From NCBI GenBank assembly GCA_945897885.1, contig CAMDGU010000005.1, forward strand, positions 9,105 through 73,104: a stretch of DNA of 64,000 nt, written 5' to 3'. The stretch comes from Chitinophaga pinensis. GTDB lineage: Bacteria > Bacteroidota > Bacteroidia > NS11-12g > UBA9320. Made by a program: the position numbers and the translations under genes. Positions 10,100-20,142 of the stretch are shown piece by piece (the stretch's first letter is position 1; every line of letters starts with the position of its first letter). The notes beneath the pieces were generated by a model. That model made no database searches and had not been told where the DNA came from. It saw only the letters and a program-made list of their open reading frames with translations.

Positions 10100-10513
10100 A
10101 TGCAATCAAAAAATTCAATGTTAGTTTTATTATTAGCTCTGTTGATTTTTAGCTCTTGCGCTAAAGATATAGTAGTAAACTATGGAAATCCTTCTCCAAA
10201 TTCAGGAAATATAGTTGTTAGGCCAACATCTTCAGTTTATTCTAATTTAACTTTCAATGACTCGCTGCTTGTAAAATATAAGTATGTTAAAAGTATCACT
10301 ATCAAAAATGTTCCTGAAGGAGTAAATACAATTCATTTTTCTGGTGAATCGAATAATCTTAAAAAAGAATTAGATATAAACAAAGAAGTAAAGGTTACAG
10401 CCGGTAAAACAAATACTCAACTTGTAACTGTTCCGCCTAAAAGCAATGGATATTGGGTAAGTGAGGCTTTTACAATTATAGGATTGTATTCTTTGCTGTT
10501 TATAGCTTATTAA
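10100..10513 (+). CDS. hypothetical lipoprotein with C-terminal hydrophobic helix
   Basis: Lipobox FSSC; ATG 10100 lies downstream of TAAATTTG. Confidence 0.65.
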   Translation: MQSKNSMLVLLLALLIFSSCAKDIVVNYGNPSPNSGNIVVRPTSSVYSNLTFNDSLLVKYKYVKSITIKNVPEGVNTIHFSGESNNLKKELDINKEVKVTAGKTNTQLVTVPPKSNGYWVSEAFTIIGLYSLLFIAY

Positions 10514-10514
10514 A

Positions 10515-11243
10515 TTATTTCCAATTCCTAAACCAGCTATTTATTTTTAGTTGAATTACCCCTAAAAAAGCTTCCCGAATAATTCCTTTACTCATTTTGC
10601 TCTCCCCTGCAGTGCGGTCGGTAAAGATGATGGCAACTTCTTTTAAGTTAAAACCATATTTTATAGCAGTAAACTTCATTTCAATTTGAAATGCATACCC
10701 TTTGAAATGAATTTTATCAAGTTCTATTTTTTCTAAAACTTTGCGCTTGTAGCAAACAAAACCTGCTGTGGTATCCATAACATCCATTCCTGTAATAATC
10801 CTTACGTACATGCTCGCAAAGTAGCTTAATAGCACTCTTCCCATCGGCCAGTTTACTACATTTACCAAATTATTCACATAACGTGAACCAACCGATAAAT
10901 CAGCGCCATCATCATCACAGGCTTTTTGCAGTTTTAATAAATCATCAGGATTATGGCTAAAATCGCAATCCATTTCACAGATGTAATCATAACCTTTTTC
11001 TAAGCACCACTTAAAACCGGCGATATAGGCCGTTCCTAAACCTAATTTACCCGAGCGTTCCAGTAAGTGAAGCTTCCCGCTAAATTCGGTTTGCAATTGC
11101 TTTACAATGGCTCCGGTTCCATCGGGTGAACCATCATCAATAACCAACAAATCAAAAGGCATTGCTAATGAAAATACCTTTCTAATCATGAGTTCTATAT
11201 TCTCACGTTCGTTGTAAGTTGGTATGATGACGATGTTTCTCAT
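10515..11243 (-). CDS. polyprenol monophosphomannose synthase (GT2)
   Basis: IIPTYNE, DDGSPDGT, KLGLGTAY, MDCDFSH, GYAFQIEMK. Confidence 0.9.
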   Translation of the reverse strand: MRNIVIIPTYNERENIELMIRKVFSLAMPFDLLVIDDGSPDGTGAIVKQLQTEFSGKLHLLERSGKLGLGTAYIAGFKWCLEKGYDYICEMDCDFSHNPDDLLKLQKACDDDGADLSVGSRYVNNLVNVVNWPMGRVLLSYFASMYVRIITGMDVMDTTAGFVCYKRKVLEKIELDKIHFKGYAFQIEMKFTAIKYGFNLKEVAIIFTDRTAGESKMSKGIIREAFLGVIQLKINSWFRNWK

Positions 11244-11252
11244 TTAAAATAA

Positions 11253-11351
11253 AATGTTCAATATTCAACGCTCAATTTTCAATAACCAATGTCTTACGGA
11301 TAGAAAACGCCCAATTGAACATTGAGTATTGAAAATTGATTATTGAGCATT
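11253..11351. repeat. inverted heptamer tandem repeats
   Basis: (AATrYTC)n at 11253-11291 facing (ATTGArY)n at 11314-11351. Confidence 0.75.
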
Positions 11352-11359
11352 CTTTATTA

Positions 11360-12016
11360 TTATGAATTTGCTTTTTTATGATCTGCTAAAAATTGAGCCA
11401 ACCCAATATCAGTTAACGGGTGTTTTAACAATCCTAGTATGGCAGACAAAGGACAAGTAACCACATCCGCTCCTGCTTCAGCACATTTTACAATATGCAA
11501 TGAGTTGCGAACGCTGGCTGCTAAAATTTGAGTATCATACCCCTGAATACCGTAAATAGAGGAAATTTGGTGGATTAATTCCATTCCATCCCAGCTCATA
11601 TCATCAATACGGCCTATAAATGGAGAAAGAAATGTAGCTCCTGCTTTAGCGGCCAAAATAGCTTGTCCGGCTGAAAATACCAATGTACAATTGGTGCGGA
11701 TTCCTTTGTTTGAAAAGTATTTTATAGCTTTAATACCTTCTTTTATCATCGGTATTTTAACCACAATTTTAGGGTCAATCTTGGCCAACTCCTCTCCTTC
11801 TCTAATCATTCCTTCATAATCGGTTGCAATTACTTCTGCACTTACATTGTCATCTACGATGTTGCAAATTGCTTTGTAATGATTTTTAACATTTTCGGCA
11901 CCGGTAATTCCTTCTTTAGCCATTAATGATGGATTGGTAGTTACACCATCTAAAACTCCTAAATCCTGAGCTTCACGTATTTGGTCAAGATTGGCTGTGT
12001 CTATAAAAAATTTCAT
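11360..12016 (-). CDS. fsa: fructose-6-phosphate aldolase/transaldolase
   Basis: MKFFIDTAN, GVTTNPSL, VVKIP, SPFIGRIDD, HPLTDIGL. Confidence 0.9.
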   Translation of the reverse strand: MKFFIDTANLDQIREAQDLGVLDGVTTNPSLMAKEGITGAENVKNHYKAICNIVDDNVSAEVIATDYEGMIREGEELAKIDPKIVVKIPMIKEGIKAIKYFSNKGIRTNCTLVFSAGQAILAAKAGATFLSPFIGRIDDMSWDGMELIHQISSIYGIQGYDTQILAASVRNSLHIVKCAEAGADVVTCPLSAILGLLKHPLTDIGLAQFLADHKKANS

Positions 12017-12060
12017 GTAATAAGATTTTTGTAAGCTGCGAATTTAGGAAACTAAAAACT

Positions 12061-12136
12061 ATGATTTATGGTTGTGAATTATAAATTATAAGTTTTGATT
12101 GCCTAATTCGTAATTTTTAATTCCCAATTCGTAATT
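12061..12136. repeat. inverted heptamer tandem repeats
   Basis: tgaatta-taaatta facing taattcg-taatttt-taattcc-caattcg. Confidence 0.6.
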
Positions 12137-12139
12137 GAA

Positions 12140-13030
12140 CTATTGAAACCTCCCAATCACTCCCAATGGCAAGTCCAATCCCGATTTTGCAGGAAGCACC
12201 AATTCACCAATTTCCAGATTTTTAATATTTTTAAAATTACTTTCTAATAAATTTTTAACTATCAAACTGCTAAACCCAAGGGAATAAGAGTTTAAAACCA
12301 AAAAGCGATGTTCGGGATGAAGAATATTACTAAGCACTTTTAGTAATTTGTCAATCATTTCTTCCAGTTTCCAGCGTTCGCCATTGGCACCAATGCCATA
12401 TGCCGGCGGGTCAAGTATAATTCCGTTGTATAAATTTCCACGTTTGGCTTCCCGCTCCGCAAATTTCATTGCATCTTCCACTACCCAACGTATGTCTTTT
12501 AGTTTGGATAAATTTTGATTGTCATTGGCCCAGTTTATAACCTGTTTTACCGAATCCACATGGGTAACATCGGCTCCGGCGGCTTTGGCGGCAAGACTTG
12601 CTCCTCCGGTATAGGCAAAAAGGTTTAAAATTTTTGGTAGTCTTACATCTGCTTTGAAACCATTAATAGTTTTAAAAATATACTCCCAATTTTCCGCCTG
12701 TTCCGGAAATATACCTACGTGCTTAAAGGCCGTCAAATGAAGTTTAAATTTTAGCTCGGCATCGGGCAAATAATACGAAATATTCCAGGGCTCTTTAAAT
12801 CCGGGTTTGGTTACCCATTCGCCTTTATGGCTGCTGCTTGCTTTAAAAACTAAATCCGCTTTTTTTTGCCAGTCTTGTTCGCCTAGCCCTTTTTTCCAAA
12901 CGGCCTGTGGTTCAGGCCTGCGGAGGGTGTATGACCCAAACTGTTCCAGTTTTTCAAAATCACCACAGTCAATTAAACTGTATTCTTTCCATAGTTTTGG
13001 GGTAAATATTTTTATCATGTTTATCTTCAA
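12140..13030 (-). CDS. class I SAM-dependent methyltransferase (RlmI/YwbD-like)
   Basis: KHVGIFPEQ, LNLFAYTGG, ILDPPAYG; start may be ATG 13018. Confidence 0.85.
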   Translation of the reverse strand: MKINMIKIFTPKLWKEYSLIDCGDFEKLEQFGSYTLRRPEPQAVWKKGLGEQDWQKKADLVFKASSSHKGEWVTKPGFKEPWNISYYLPDAELKFKLHLTAFKHVGIFPEQAENWEYIFKTINGFKADVRLPKILNLFAYTGGASLAAKAAGADVTHVDSVKQVINWANDNQNLSKLKDIRWVVEDAMKFAEREAKRGNLYNGIILDPPAYGIGANGERWKLEEMIDKLLKVLSNILHPEHRFLVLNSYSLGFSSLIVKNLLESNFKNIKNLEIGELVLPAKSGLDLPLGVIGRFQ

Positions 13031-13753
13031 TTACTTCAATATCACCACATCCTCATCCCCAAAACTTCCTTTACCGGTAAACTTTAATAAAACCCTTGCC
13101 AGTGTAACAATGTCCTTTTCGCAATAGGTTTTAATGCGCTCCAGTCCATCGGTTTCGTTGTAGTAAACTCCATAAACCTGACTTCCATCGATATCATCTT
13201 TTGGTGAAGAAATATCAAATGAAGCCGCTAATAAATCCAGAGATGTAAAGCTTTTAAAATCTCCAAACTTCCATAAATCCATGGTATCAATATGGCCCAC
13301 CTCCCAAGGCTTTTTACCCGCTAAATCTAAAATATAAGGTAAAGGCAATTCTTTTATTAAAAACCTGCGGCCGAGGTATGGAAAGTCAAACTCCTTGCCG
13401 TTATGGGCACATAGCGCTTTTCCTGTATCCGAAAACCTACTGTTAAGTAATTCCGAAAATTCTTTTAAAACTAATTTTTCATCATGGCCATAAAACGATT
13501 TTACCCTAAATGACCAACCGTTTCCGTTCCGGCTCAAAAAACCTGCTGAAATACAAATGATTTTACCAAACTCAGCATATATGCCGGCTCGGTTATACAT
13601 TTCTTCCGGTGTTTCCTGGTTGCGGGCAAGGTATCCGGCTTTTTTGTCCCATAAAGCTTTCCAACGGTCGTTCAGTTCATCATACTTACTGTATTGCGGA
13701 ACGGTTTCAATATCTATGAAAAGGATATTATCCAATTTTAATTGATCGAGCAT
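13031..13753 (-). CDS. PolB-like 3'-5' exonuclease
   Basis: DIET (ExoI), HNGKEFDFP (ExoII), YCEKD (ExoIII). Confidence 0.88.
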   Translation of the reverse strand: MLDQLKLDNILFIDIETVPQYSKYDELNDRWKALWDKKAGYLARNQETPEEMYNRAGIYAEFGKIICISAGFLSRNGNGWSFRVKSFYGHDEKLVLKEFSELLNSRFSDTGKALCAHNGKEFDFPYLGRRFLIKELPLPYILDLAGKKPWEVGHIDTMDLWKFGDFKSFTSLDLLAASFDISSPKDDIDGSQVYGVYYNETDGLERIKTYCEKDIVTLARVLLKFTGKGSFGDEDVVILK

Positions 13754-13853
13754 TGTTGTTAATGAGAATTAGGAATTAAAAATTACGAAATTAAACTTAA
13801 ATCATTAACCTCAAAAGAAATCTAAAATCTTAGATTTTAAGTGAAAAAATCAT

Positions 13854-14621
13854 TTACCAACCTCCACCAGCACCACCGCCGCCTGAAGACCCCCCCCCAA
13901 AGCCACCACTAAATCCTCCTCCGCCACTGCCGCCGCCGCCAAATCCACCTCCAAAACCACCCCACATAGTTGGGCCTAATAAGCCACCACCTCCATAGGT
14001 TCGTGAACCAGGGACTGAATTGCGGCCCATAAAACTGATGATTAGGATAACAATCATTATAATAAGCCAAATTGGAAATTTTCCTTTGGGCCCCTTTTCG
14101 GTATTTTTATATTCTCCAGATGATCTTAATATTATTTCATCAATAGCGTCATTAACTCCTTTTCCATAAAGCTTTTGCTTAAAGGCCGGAGCCATTTTGG
14201 TTCGGATAATTTCACCGGCTGCTCCATCAGGCAAAAAACCTTCGGCTCCCTTTCCTGTTGTAATCCATATTTTTCGTTTGGCAGGATCGTCATTTTCATG
14301 AGCAATCAGGATAAGAATTCCATTATCTTTTGATGCAGTGCCTATTCCCCAGGTGTTATAAATTTTTAATCCAACATCAAAAGGTTCTTCACCATTGAGG
14401 GTTTCTAGGGTTACAATAACTAAATCCGTAGAAGTGCTATCCCAGTATTTTTGAAGCTTTTGATTCAGAAAATTCTCCTCATCTAAGCTGATTAGCTTTG
14501 CATAATCATTTATATAACGCGTATTGCCTTCAGGTTTCTTGGGGACATCAAATGCTGAAACTTGGCCTACAAGTATGAAAAGCAGAAAGGAAGTAAGAAT
14601 TTTAACTATAACTGATTTCAT
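13854..14621 (-). CDS. TPM domain protein with Gly-rich tail (YgcG-like)
   Basis: INDYAKLI, WGIG..KDNGILIL, C-terminal GGGSSGGGGAGGGW. Confidence 0.9.
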   Translation of the reverse strand: MKSVIVKILTSFLLFILVGQVSAFDVPKKPEGNTRYINDYAKLISLDEENFLNQKLQKYWDSTSTDLVIVTLETLNGEEPFDVGLKIYNTWGIGTASKDNGILILIAHENDDPAKRKIWITTGKGAEGFLPDGAAGEIIRTKMAPAFKQKLYGKGVNDAIDEIILRSSGEYKNTEKGPKGKFPIWLIIMIVILIISFMGRNSVPGSRTYGGGGLLGPTMWGGFGGGFGGGGSGGGGFSGGFGGGSSGGGGAGGGW

Positions 14622-15033
14622 TTGATAGTTCATTTGTATCATTATCTGCTTTTGGAAAATGTTCTTTTAATCGCAATCCGGCTTCTTGCAAACCAGCAGC
14701 TATTCCTTCCACCATTTTTTCATTCTTAAATTGTTCAGTCATTTTTGCCAAAGTGGTATCCCAGAAATCGGATTCTACTTTTTCATTAATTCCCTTGTCG
14801 CCATATATAGCTACTTGCTTATCATCAATGGAAATATAAAGGATAACACCGTTGCGCAATTCTGTCTCATCCATTTTAAGGTGGTGAAATAAATTTTGAG
14901 CTTTTAATAAAGGATCGGATTTGCAATAGCGGTCAATATGAACACGTATTTCTCCCGAAGTGCCGTCTTCAGCCCTTGCTACAGCATTTGTGATTTTAAG
15001 TTCTTCCTCTTTGGAAAATGGACGCCAAGCCAT
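14602..15033 (-). CDS. TPM domain protein
   Basis: AEDGTSGEIRVH, RNGVILY, NELSNEIS. Confidence 0.88.
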   Translation of the reverse strand: MAWRPFSKEEELKITNAVARAEDGTSGEIRVHIDRYCKSDPLLKAQNLFHHLKMDETELRNGVILYISIDDKQVAIYGDKGINEKVESDFWDTTLAKMTEQFKNEKMVEGIAAGLQEAGLRLKEHFPKADNDTNELSNEISYS

Positions 15034-15614
15034 TAGAATTCTACACTTGGTGCTTTTTCTGCTCCGGCTTCCGCTTCAAAATATGGCTTAGTTTTAAACC
15101 CTAATAATTTAGCAAAAATTACCGCAGGAAATTTTTGGGCAGCATTATTATATATTTTAACAACTTCGTTAAAATTATCACGGGCCACGGCTATTCTATT
15201 TTCGGTACCTGCCAATTCATCCTGAAGTTTAAGAAAACTTTGGTTGGCTTTTAAATCAGGATAATTCTCAACTACAGCCAATAATCGGCTTAAAGAACTA
15301 TTTACGGCTCCCATTTGAGCGTTTATTTTAGCAATTGTAGCTTCATCTAAATTATCTGCTGTTACATTTATGCTGGTAGCTTTTGATCTGGCTTCAACCA
15401 CAGCTTGCAAGGTGCTTTTTTCAAAGTCGGCATACCCTTTTACAGTTTTTACAAGGTTTGGAATTAGATCTAAACGACGCTGATATTGTGACTGAACATC
15501 AGCCCATTTGTTGTCAACATCATTTCTTTTACCAACCAATCCATTGTAGGTATTGCAACCACCTAAAAATAGAATTCCTAAAACTACTAATACGATAATC
15601 CAAGTACGATTCAT
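15033..15614 (-). CDS. lemA: LemA family protein
   Basis: QYQRRLDLIPNLV, ENYPDLKA, ENRIAVAR. Confidence 0.93.
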   Translation of the reverse strand: MNRTWIIVLVVLGILFLGGCNTYNGLVGKRNDVDNKWADVQSQYQRRLDLIPNLVKTVKGYADFEKSTLQAVVEARSKATSINVTADNLDEATIAKINAQMGAVNSSLSRLLAVVENYPDLKANQSFLKLQDELAGTENRIAVARDNFNEVVKIYNNAAQKFPAVIFAKLLGFKTKPYFEAEAGAEKAPSVEF

Positions 15615-15707
15615 GTTTTTTGTTTATTTAATTTGTTGTGCAAAGGAATAGCAAACACAATTGATTTTACAAACATTTAGTTAAATGATTTAAAATTTCG
15701 GCTGAAT

Positions 15708-15788
15708 TATAGCCACCATTGCCTGATGGTTCCAAGTTCAAATAGATTCTTCTATTTAACTAAGTGTTTTTGTGCCTTGGTGGCTATA
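15708..15788. repeat. inverted repeat element
   Basis: TATAGCCACCA (15708-15718) / TGGTGGCTATA (15778-15788) with inner AAATAGA..TCTATTT hairpin. Confidence 0.65.
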
Positions 15789-15820
15789 TTAAACTTACTT
15801 TAAACTAATTTTGCCGCCAT

Positions 15821-15882
15821 TGTTACGCCGAAGAAAGCAGCATCTATTTTCTAATTAGATTCCTCCTATCGTCGGAATGACA
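15821..15882. repeat. REP-like element (family A) in the hisS leader
   Basis: Degenerate left arm plus AGATTCCTCCTATCGTCGGAATGACA, between TAATTTTG (15806-15813) and hisS ATG. Confidence 0.75.
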
Positions 15883-15899
15883 AAACCCTGTAGAAAAGA

Positions 15900-17255
15900 A
15901 TGAAACCCTCATTAGTAAAAGGAACCCGCGATTTTGGGCCGGCAGTTATGCAGCGGCGGAAACATATATTTAATACCATTGAAACCGTTTTTAAAAAGTA
16001 CGGGTTTATGCCTTTGGAAACTCCGGCTATGGAGCAATTGGAAACCCTTACAGGTAAATATGGAGATGAAGGAGATAAACTATTGTTTAAAATTTTAAAC
16101 TCCGGCGATTTTGCGGCCAATGCCAATGATGAAATATGGCAATCGAAAGCTTCCAATAAATTAACCTCACATATTTCTGAAAAAGGATTGCGCTATGATT
16201 TAACGGTTCCGTTGGCTCGTTATGTAGCCATGAACCGCAATGAAATTACCTTTCCTTTTAAACGCTATCAAATGCAACCGGTTTGGCGTGCTGACAGACC
16301 GCAACGAGGCCGTTACCGGGAGTTTTGGCAATGCGACGCCGATATTATTGGTTCGGATAGTTTAATGAATGAGGCAGATTTGTTGTGTATAGCTGCAGAG
16401 GTTTTTGAAAAATTGGGGGTTGGTATTTCAATTCATTTAAATAACAGAAAAATTCTCGAAGCAATAGCTTCTAAATTTGAAATCGAAGCTAAATTCAATC
16501 AATTTGTTATAATTATTGACAAGCTGGACAAAGTTGGTTTTGAAACCCTTATACCTGAATTTGAGGCATTGGGGTTAAGTCAGAGTAATTGCTTTGAATT
16601 GGAAGGATTCCTCACTAAAATGCCTTTTAGCATGAATTCTATCTATTTAATTCAAGATAAATTGAATGGAATTGATAAATCAGAAAAAGGGTGTTTGGAA
16701 TTAAGTGATATTTTTAATTTTATTGAGCATACTGGAGGATCTAACTTTATAAAAATTGATCTTTCCCTAGCCCGTGGTTTAGAGTATTATACTGGAACTA
16801 TCATTGAAATAAAAGCCAACGATATAAAAATGGGCAGCATTTCCGGTGGTGGCCGATACGATAATTTAACCGGTGTGTTTGGTTTGCCGGGCGTTTCAGG
16901 GGTTGGTATTTCATTTGGTATTGATCGGATTTATGACGTGATGGAAGAATTAAATTTGTTTACCAATGTGGCTCAAACGGAAGTAAAAGCAATGCTTTGC
17001 CATTTGGATGAAAATGGAAGAAACTTTAATTATGCTTTGGCAAATGAACTACGAAAGGAAGGTATTTCTATCGAGGTATTTCCAGACATTAAAAAATTGC
17101 CTAAACAATTCGAATATGCTGAAAAGAAAGGAATTCCAATAGTTATAATTACTGGTGATGATGAAATTTCATCCGGAAAATTATCGTATAAAAATTTAAT
17201 AACCAAAGAACAAGGGAAAATTGGAAGGAATGAATTGGGAGGGTTTTTAAAGTAA
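15900..17255 (+). CDS. hisS: histidine--tRNA ligase
   Basis: KGTRDF, LRYDLTVP, RGRYREFWQCDAD, LARGLEYYTG, GGGRYD. Confidence 0.97.
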   Translation: MKPSLVKGTRDFGPAVMQRRKHIFNTIETVFKKYGFMPLETPAMEQLETLTGKYGDEGDKLLFKILNSGDFAANANDEIWQSKASNKLTSHISEKGLRYDLTVPLARYVAMNRNEITFPFKRYQMQPVWRADRPQRGRYREFWQCDADIIGSDSLMNEADLLCIAAEVFEKLGVGISIHLNNRKILEAIASKFEIEAKFNQFVIIIDKLDKVGFETLIPEFEALGLSQSNCFELEGFLTKMPFSMNSIYLIQDKLNGIDKSEKGCLELSDIFNFIEHTGGSNFIKIDLSLARGLEYYTGTIIEIKANDIKMGSISGGGRYDNLTGVFGLPGVSGVGISFGIDRIYDVMEELNLFTNVAQTEVKAMLCHLDENGRNFNYALANELRKEGISIEVFPDIKKLPKQFEYAEKKGIPIVIITGDDEISSGKLSYKNLITKEQGKIGRNELGGFLK

Positions 17256-17368
17256 TTAAGAAATCCCCCAGCATCCTTAATAAGGTGGAATTGGACAAGC
17301 CAATCTAAAAATAAAACTATTCGTAAGAACATATCTCTGTACTCATAATCTCAAAATCTACCTACTAA

Positions 17369-18094
17369 TTGAATCTTAAATTTCCACATATAACCGAACT
17401 AATAGTTGCCGAAGACGAACACATCGTGGCGATTAACAAACCTGCGTTTCTTTCAACCTTAGACGAGCGGGATGAAACCAAGAAATCTTTATTGGGTTTG
17501 GCTCGAAAACAATGGCCTGATATTCAGGTTTGCCACAGACTGGATAAGGAAACCACAGGCATTATTTTGTTTGCCAAAAACAATGATGTTTACCGACAAA
17601 TGGCCATTCAGTTTGAACACCGTAAAGTAACCAAATGGTATCATGCCATAGCCGAGGGGTGTCATAATTTTGACCATTTAGAAATTAATAAACCCTTGAA
17701 AGTAAATAGTAAAGGCTATGCCAAAATCGATTTTAGAGAAGGCAAAGAATCCTTAACAATTGTTAATACCCTTGAAATTTTCAGGCATTTTACGTTGCTG
17801 CAATGCTATCCTTTTACCGGCAGATTGCATCAAATACGAGTGCATTTAAAATCGCAGAATGCCCCGCTAGCAGCCGATGTTCAGTATGGTGGAACTATGC
17901 CGATGCTTTCAAAAATTAAACGCAAATTTTCATTAAGTAAAGATACAGAAGAACAACCTATGATGAACCGAGTGGCTTTGCATGCAAGAAGTCTTCACTT
18001 TGAATTGTATGATAAAAAATATGAGCTGGAAGCTGAGTATCCAAAGGATTTTGGAACGTTTTTAAAATTGCTTCAAAAATATGATGCAGTTTAA
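17369..18094 (+). CDS. RluA-family pseudouridine synthase
   Basis: INKP, HRLDKETTG, TGRLHQIRVH, ALHA. Confidence 0.92.
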   Translation: MNLKFPHITELIVAEDEHIVAINKPAFLSTLDERDETKKSLLGLARKQWPDIQVCHRLDKETTGIILFAKNNDVYRQMAIQFEHRKVTKWYHAIAEGCHNFDHLEINKPLKVNSKGYAKIDFREGKESLTIVNTLEIFRHFTLLQCYPFTGRLHQIRVHLKSQNAPLAADVQYGGTMPMLSKIKRKFSLSKDTEEQPMMNRVALHARSLHFELYDKKYELEAEYPKDFGTFLKLLQKYDAV

Positions 18095-18115
18095 ATGGTG
18101 AATTATTAATGATTA

Positions 18116-19417
18116 ATGAAAAGCTTTAAATGTGTAATTTGGATAATTTTTATAAGCTCTCATTTTTGCGAAGCGCAGGAATACAAGCATCAGGAAACGG
18201 CTATAAAATTTTTAAAGCATCGTGATTACAGAAAACTTCATAAGCAATTTGATGAAAATCTAAAAAAATCGGTTTCAGTTCATTTTCTTAAAGCTTCTTG
18301 GCAAGGTTTGGAAAAAGAGTTTGGAAAGTATAAATCACACGGGATTACAAACTTAGTTAAAGGTAAAACAGTAGATAAATATGTCACTCTTGTTTGTTTT
18401 AACAAAGGAAGTTTGGTTTTAGAAACATCCTTAGGGGATAAAGGTAAAATAAGTAGTATTTTTTTAAGACCTAAAACCTATACCATTCCTGAATACGGCC
18501 AAAACTTAGTTTATAATAAAGAAAACATCACAATAACTTCAGGAAAGTACAGTTTACCGGGCGAAATTGTTTACCCAAAAGAGCTTTCTAAAAAAGTACC
18601 TCTTGTAATTTTTGTTCATGGTTCGGGTGCCAATAACCGTGAGGAAGGTATTGGTCCTGTTAAGGTTTTTAAAGATATGTATTTAGGTTTATTAACCAAA
18701 GGCATTGCCTGTATGGTTTATGATAAACGCACTTTGGTTTATAAAAAGGAATTTGATACCTCTCAATTTACTCTATGGGATGAAACCATAGAAGATGCCG
18801 CAAATGCTTTTAAACTGGCTAAAACACGTCCCGATGTGGACACCAATCAAATTTACATAATTGGCCACAGTCAAGGTGGTTATGCACTGCCACTTATTTT
18901 AAAAAATTGTAATGGTGTAAAAGGAGGAATTTCATTGGCCGGTTGCTCCCGCCCCATTGATGCGCTAATTGAATACCAATATCATTATTTAACTGAACTG
19001 GATGGAAAAGTAAGTTTGCCTGAAAAAATCTTTCTAAAAAAAGAAATGAAAAAGGTTCAATTTGTGAGAAGTGATAAATTACTTACGGCAAAACCAAAAT
19101 TAAAACTGCTTGGTTATTGGCCAACGGCATTTTGGATAGATGTAAAAAATTACAAACCTGTAGAAGTGTTGAAAACTCTTGATATGCCTGTATTGTTTTT
19201 GCAAGGTGATAGAGATTATCAGGTAACAAATGAAGATTTTAAGCTTTGGAAAACCGGTTATCTTGAAAAAATGAATTGGTCGTTTATTTCCTATCCAAAA
19301 TTAAATCATCTGTTTATTGAAGGGGAAGGAAAACCTAATCCGAGCGAGTATTGGAATGGTGGAAATGTACCGATGTATGTGATTGAAGATATTGCCGAAT
19401 GGGTAAAAGGACTTTAA
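18116..19417 (+). CDS. alpha/beta hydrolase with N-terminal DUF3887-like domain
   Basis: HGSG, GHSQGG nucleophile elbow, QGDRDYQV, LNHLF. Confidence 0.85.
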   Translation: MKSFKCVIWIIFISSHFCEAQEYKHQETAIKFLKHRDYRKLHKQFDENLKKSVSVHFLKASWQGLEKEFGKYKSHGITNLVKGKTVDKYVTLVCFNKGSLVLETSLGDKGKISSIFLRPKTYTIPEYGQNLVYNKENITITSGKYSLPGEIVYPKELSKKVPLVIFVHGSGANNREEGIGPVKVFKDMYLGLLTKGIACMVYDKRTLVYKKEFDTSQFTLWDETIEDAANAFKLAKTRPDVDTNQIYIIGHSQGGYALPLILKNCNGVKGGISLAGCSRPIDALIEYQYHYLTELDGKVSLPEKIFLKKEMKKVQFVRSDKLLTAKPKLKLLGYWPTAFWIDVKNYKPVEVLKTLDMPVLFLQGDRDYQVTNEDFKLWKTGYLEKMNWSFISYPKLNHLFIEGEGKPNPSEYWNGGNVPMYVIEDIAEWVKGL

Positions 19418-19431
19418 TAGTTTATTAAAAA

Positions 19432-20103
19432 CTATTCTAATATTGACAAGGAATTGCCACCAATAATAACATAATCACCCTCAGAATAATTCTTGACAGT
19501 GCCTTCCGAGTCTTTTAAAGAAAAATAAGTAAATATCCCAATGGTATTGTCTTTATGCATTGGTTTATAAATTTCCTTCTTATTTACATTTTTAGGTAAT
19601 GCAACAAGATTAAGATTTGAAATCATATTAATTAAAGTTGGGCAATATTCATTTTTGAGGGTTTTAGATATAAGATCAATGTTTACTGCGGAAGATAAAC
19701 TATCTACAATTCCATTTTTGGCAATACTAAAAATATAAAATTTATTATAGATTGTTTTAGCTACTATTTTCAGGGTATCACCTTTTCTTGTTACTGTTCC
19801 ATTGCAAAGATGGAAATTGATTTCATTTTGATGTTTTCCAGCACATCCTCTTAGTTCAGAAACCTTCAAATTTCCTGCATTATCAAGTATAATAGTGTAT
19901 CTTGACAAATCATAAGCACCTTTTTTAAAACTTCCTGAATAAGTTTCAATATTTAGCTCTGGCCCATCTTTAAAATTAATAATTTCATTTTGCTTGAGTT
20001 CATGATTTTTAAAATAATCCGGCAAAATCTGAAAAGCGAATGAAGATGATACTATTAATAATATAGCTAAACATAGAAGATAGAATGACGATTTCATACT
20101 CAA
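19432..20103 (-). CDS. hypothetical exported protein
   Basis: Signal peptide, 223-aa ORF, no recognised motif. Confidence 0.55.
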   Translation of the reverse strand: MSMKSSFYLLCLAILLIVSSSFAFQILPDYFKNHELKQNEIINFKDGPELNIETYSGSFKKGAYDLSRYTIILDNAGNLKVSELRGCAGKHQNEINFHLCNGTVTRKGDTLKIVAKTIYNKFYIFSIAKNGIVDSLSSAVNIDLISKTLKNEYCPTLINMISNLNLVALPKNVNKKEIYKPMHKDNTIGIFTYFSLKDSEGTVKNYSEGDYVIIGGNSLSILE

Positions 20104-20142
20104 TTATTTTGTCAAAGATAATTCTTTAATATTTATAAAAAT

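Noticed and set aside
13031..13753. Exonuclease plus methyltransferase as a defence system
   Set aside because: The methyltransferase is of the RNA (RlmI-like) type and both are common Bacteroidota genes; no defence context.
13854..14000. GC-rich low-complexity tract
   Set aside because: Encodes the usual Gly-rich tail of TPM proteins.
15814..15899. T-box or attenuator before hisS
   Set aside because: Too short, no T-box motif, and explained by the family A repeat.
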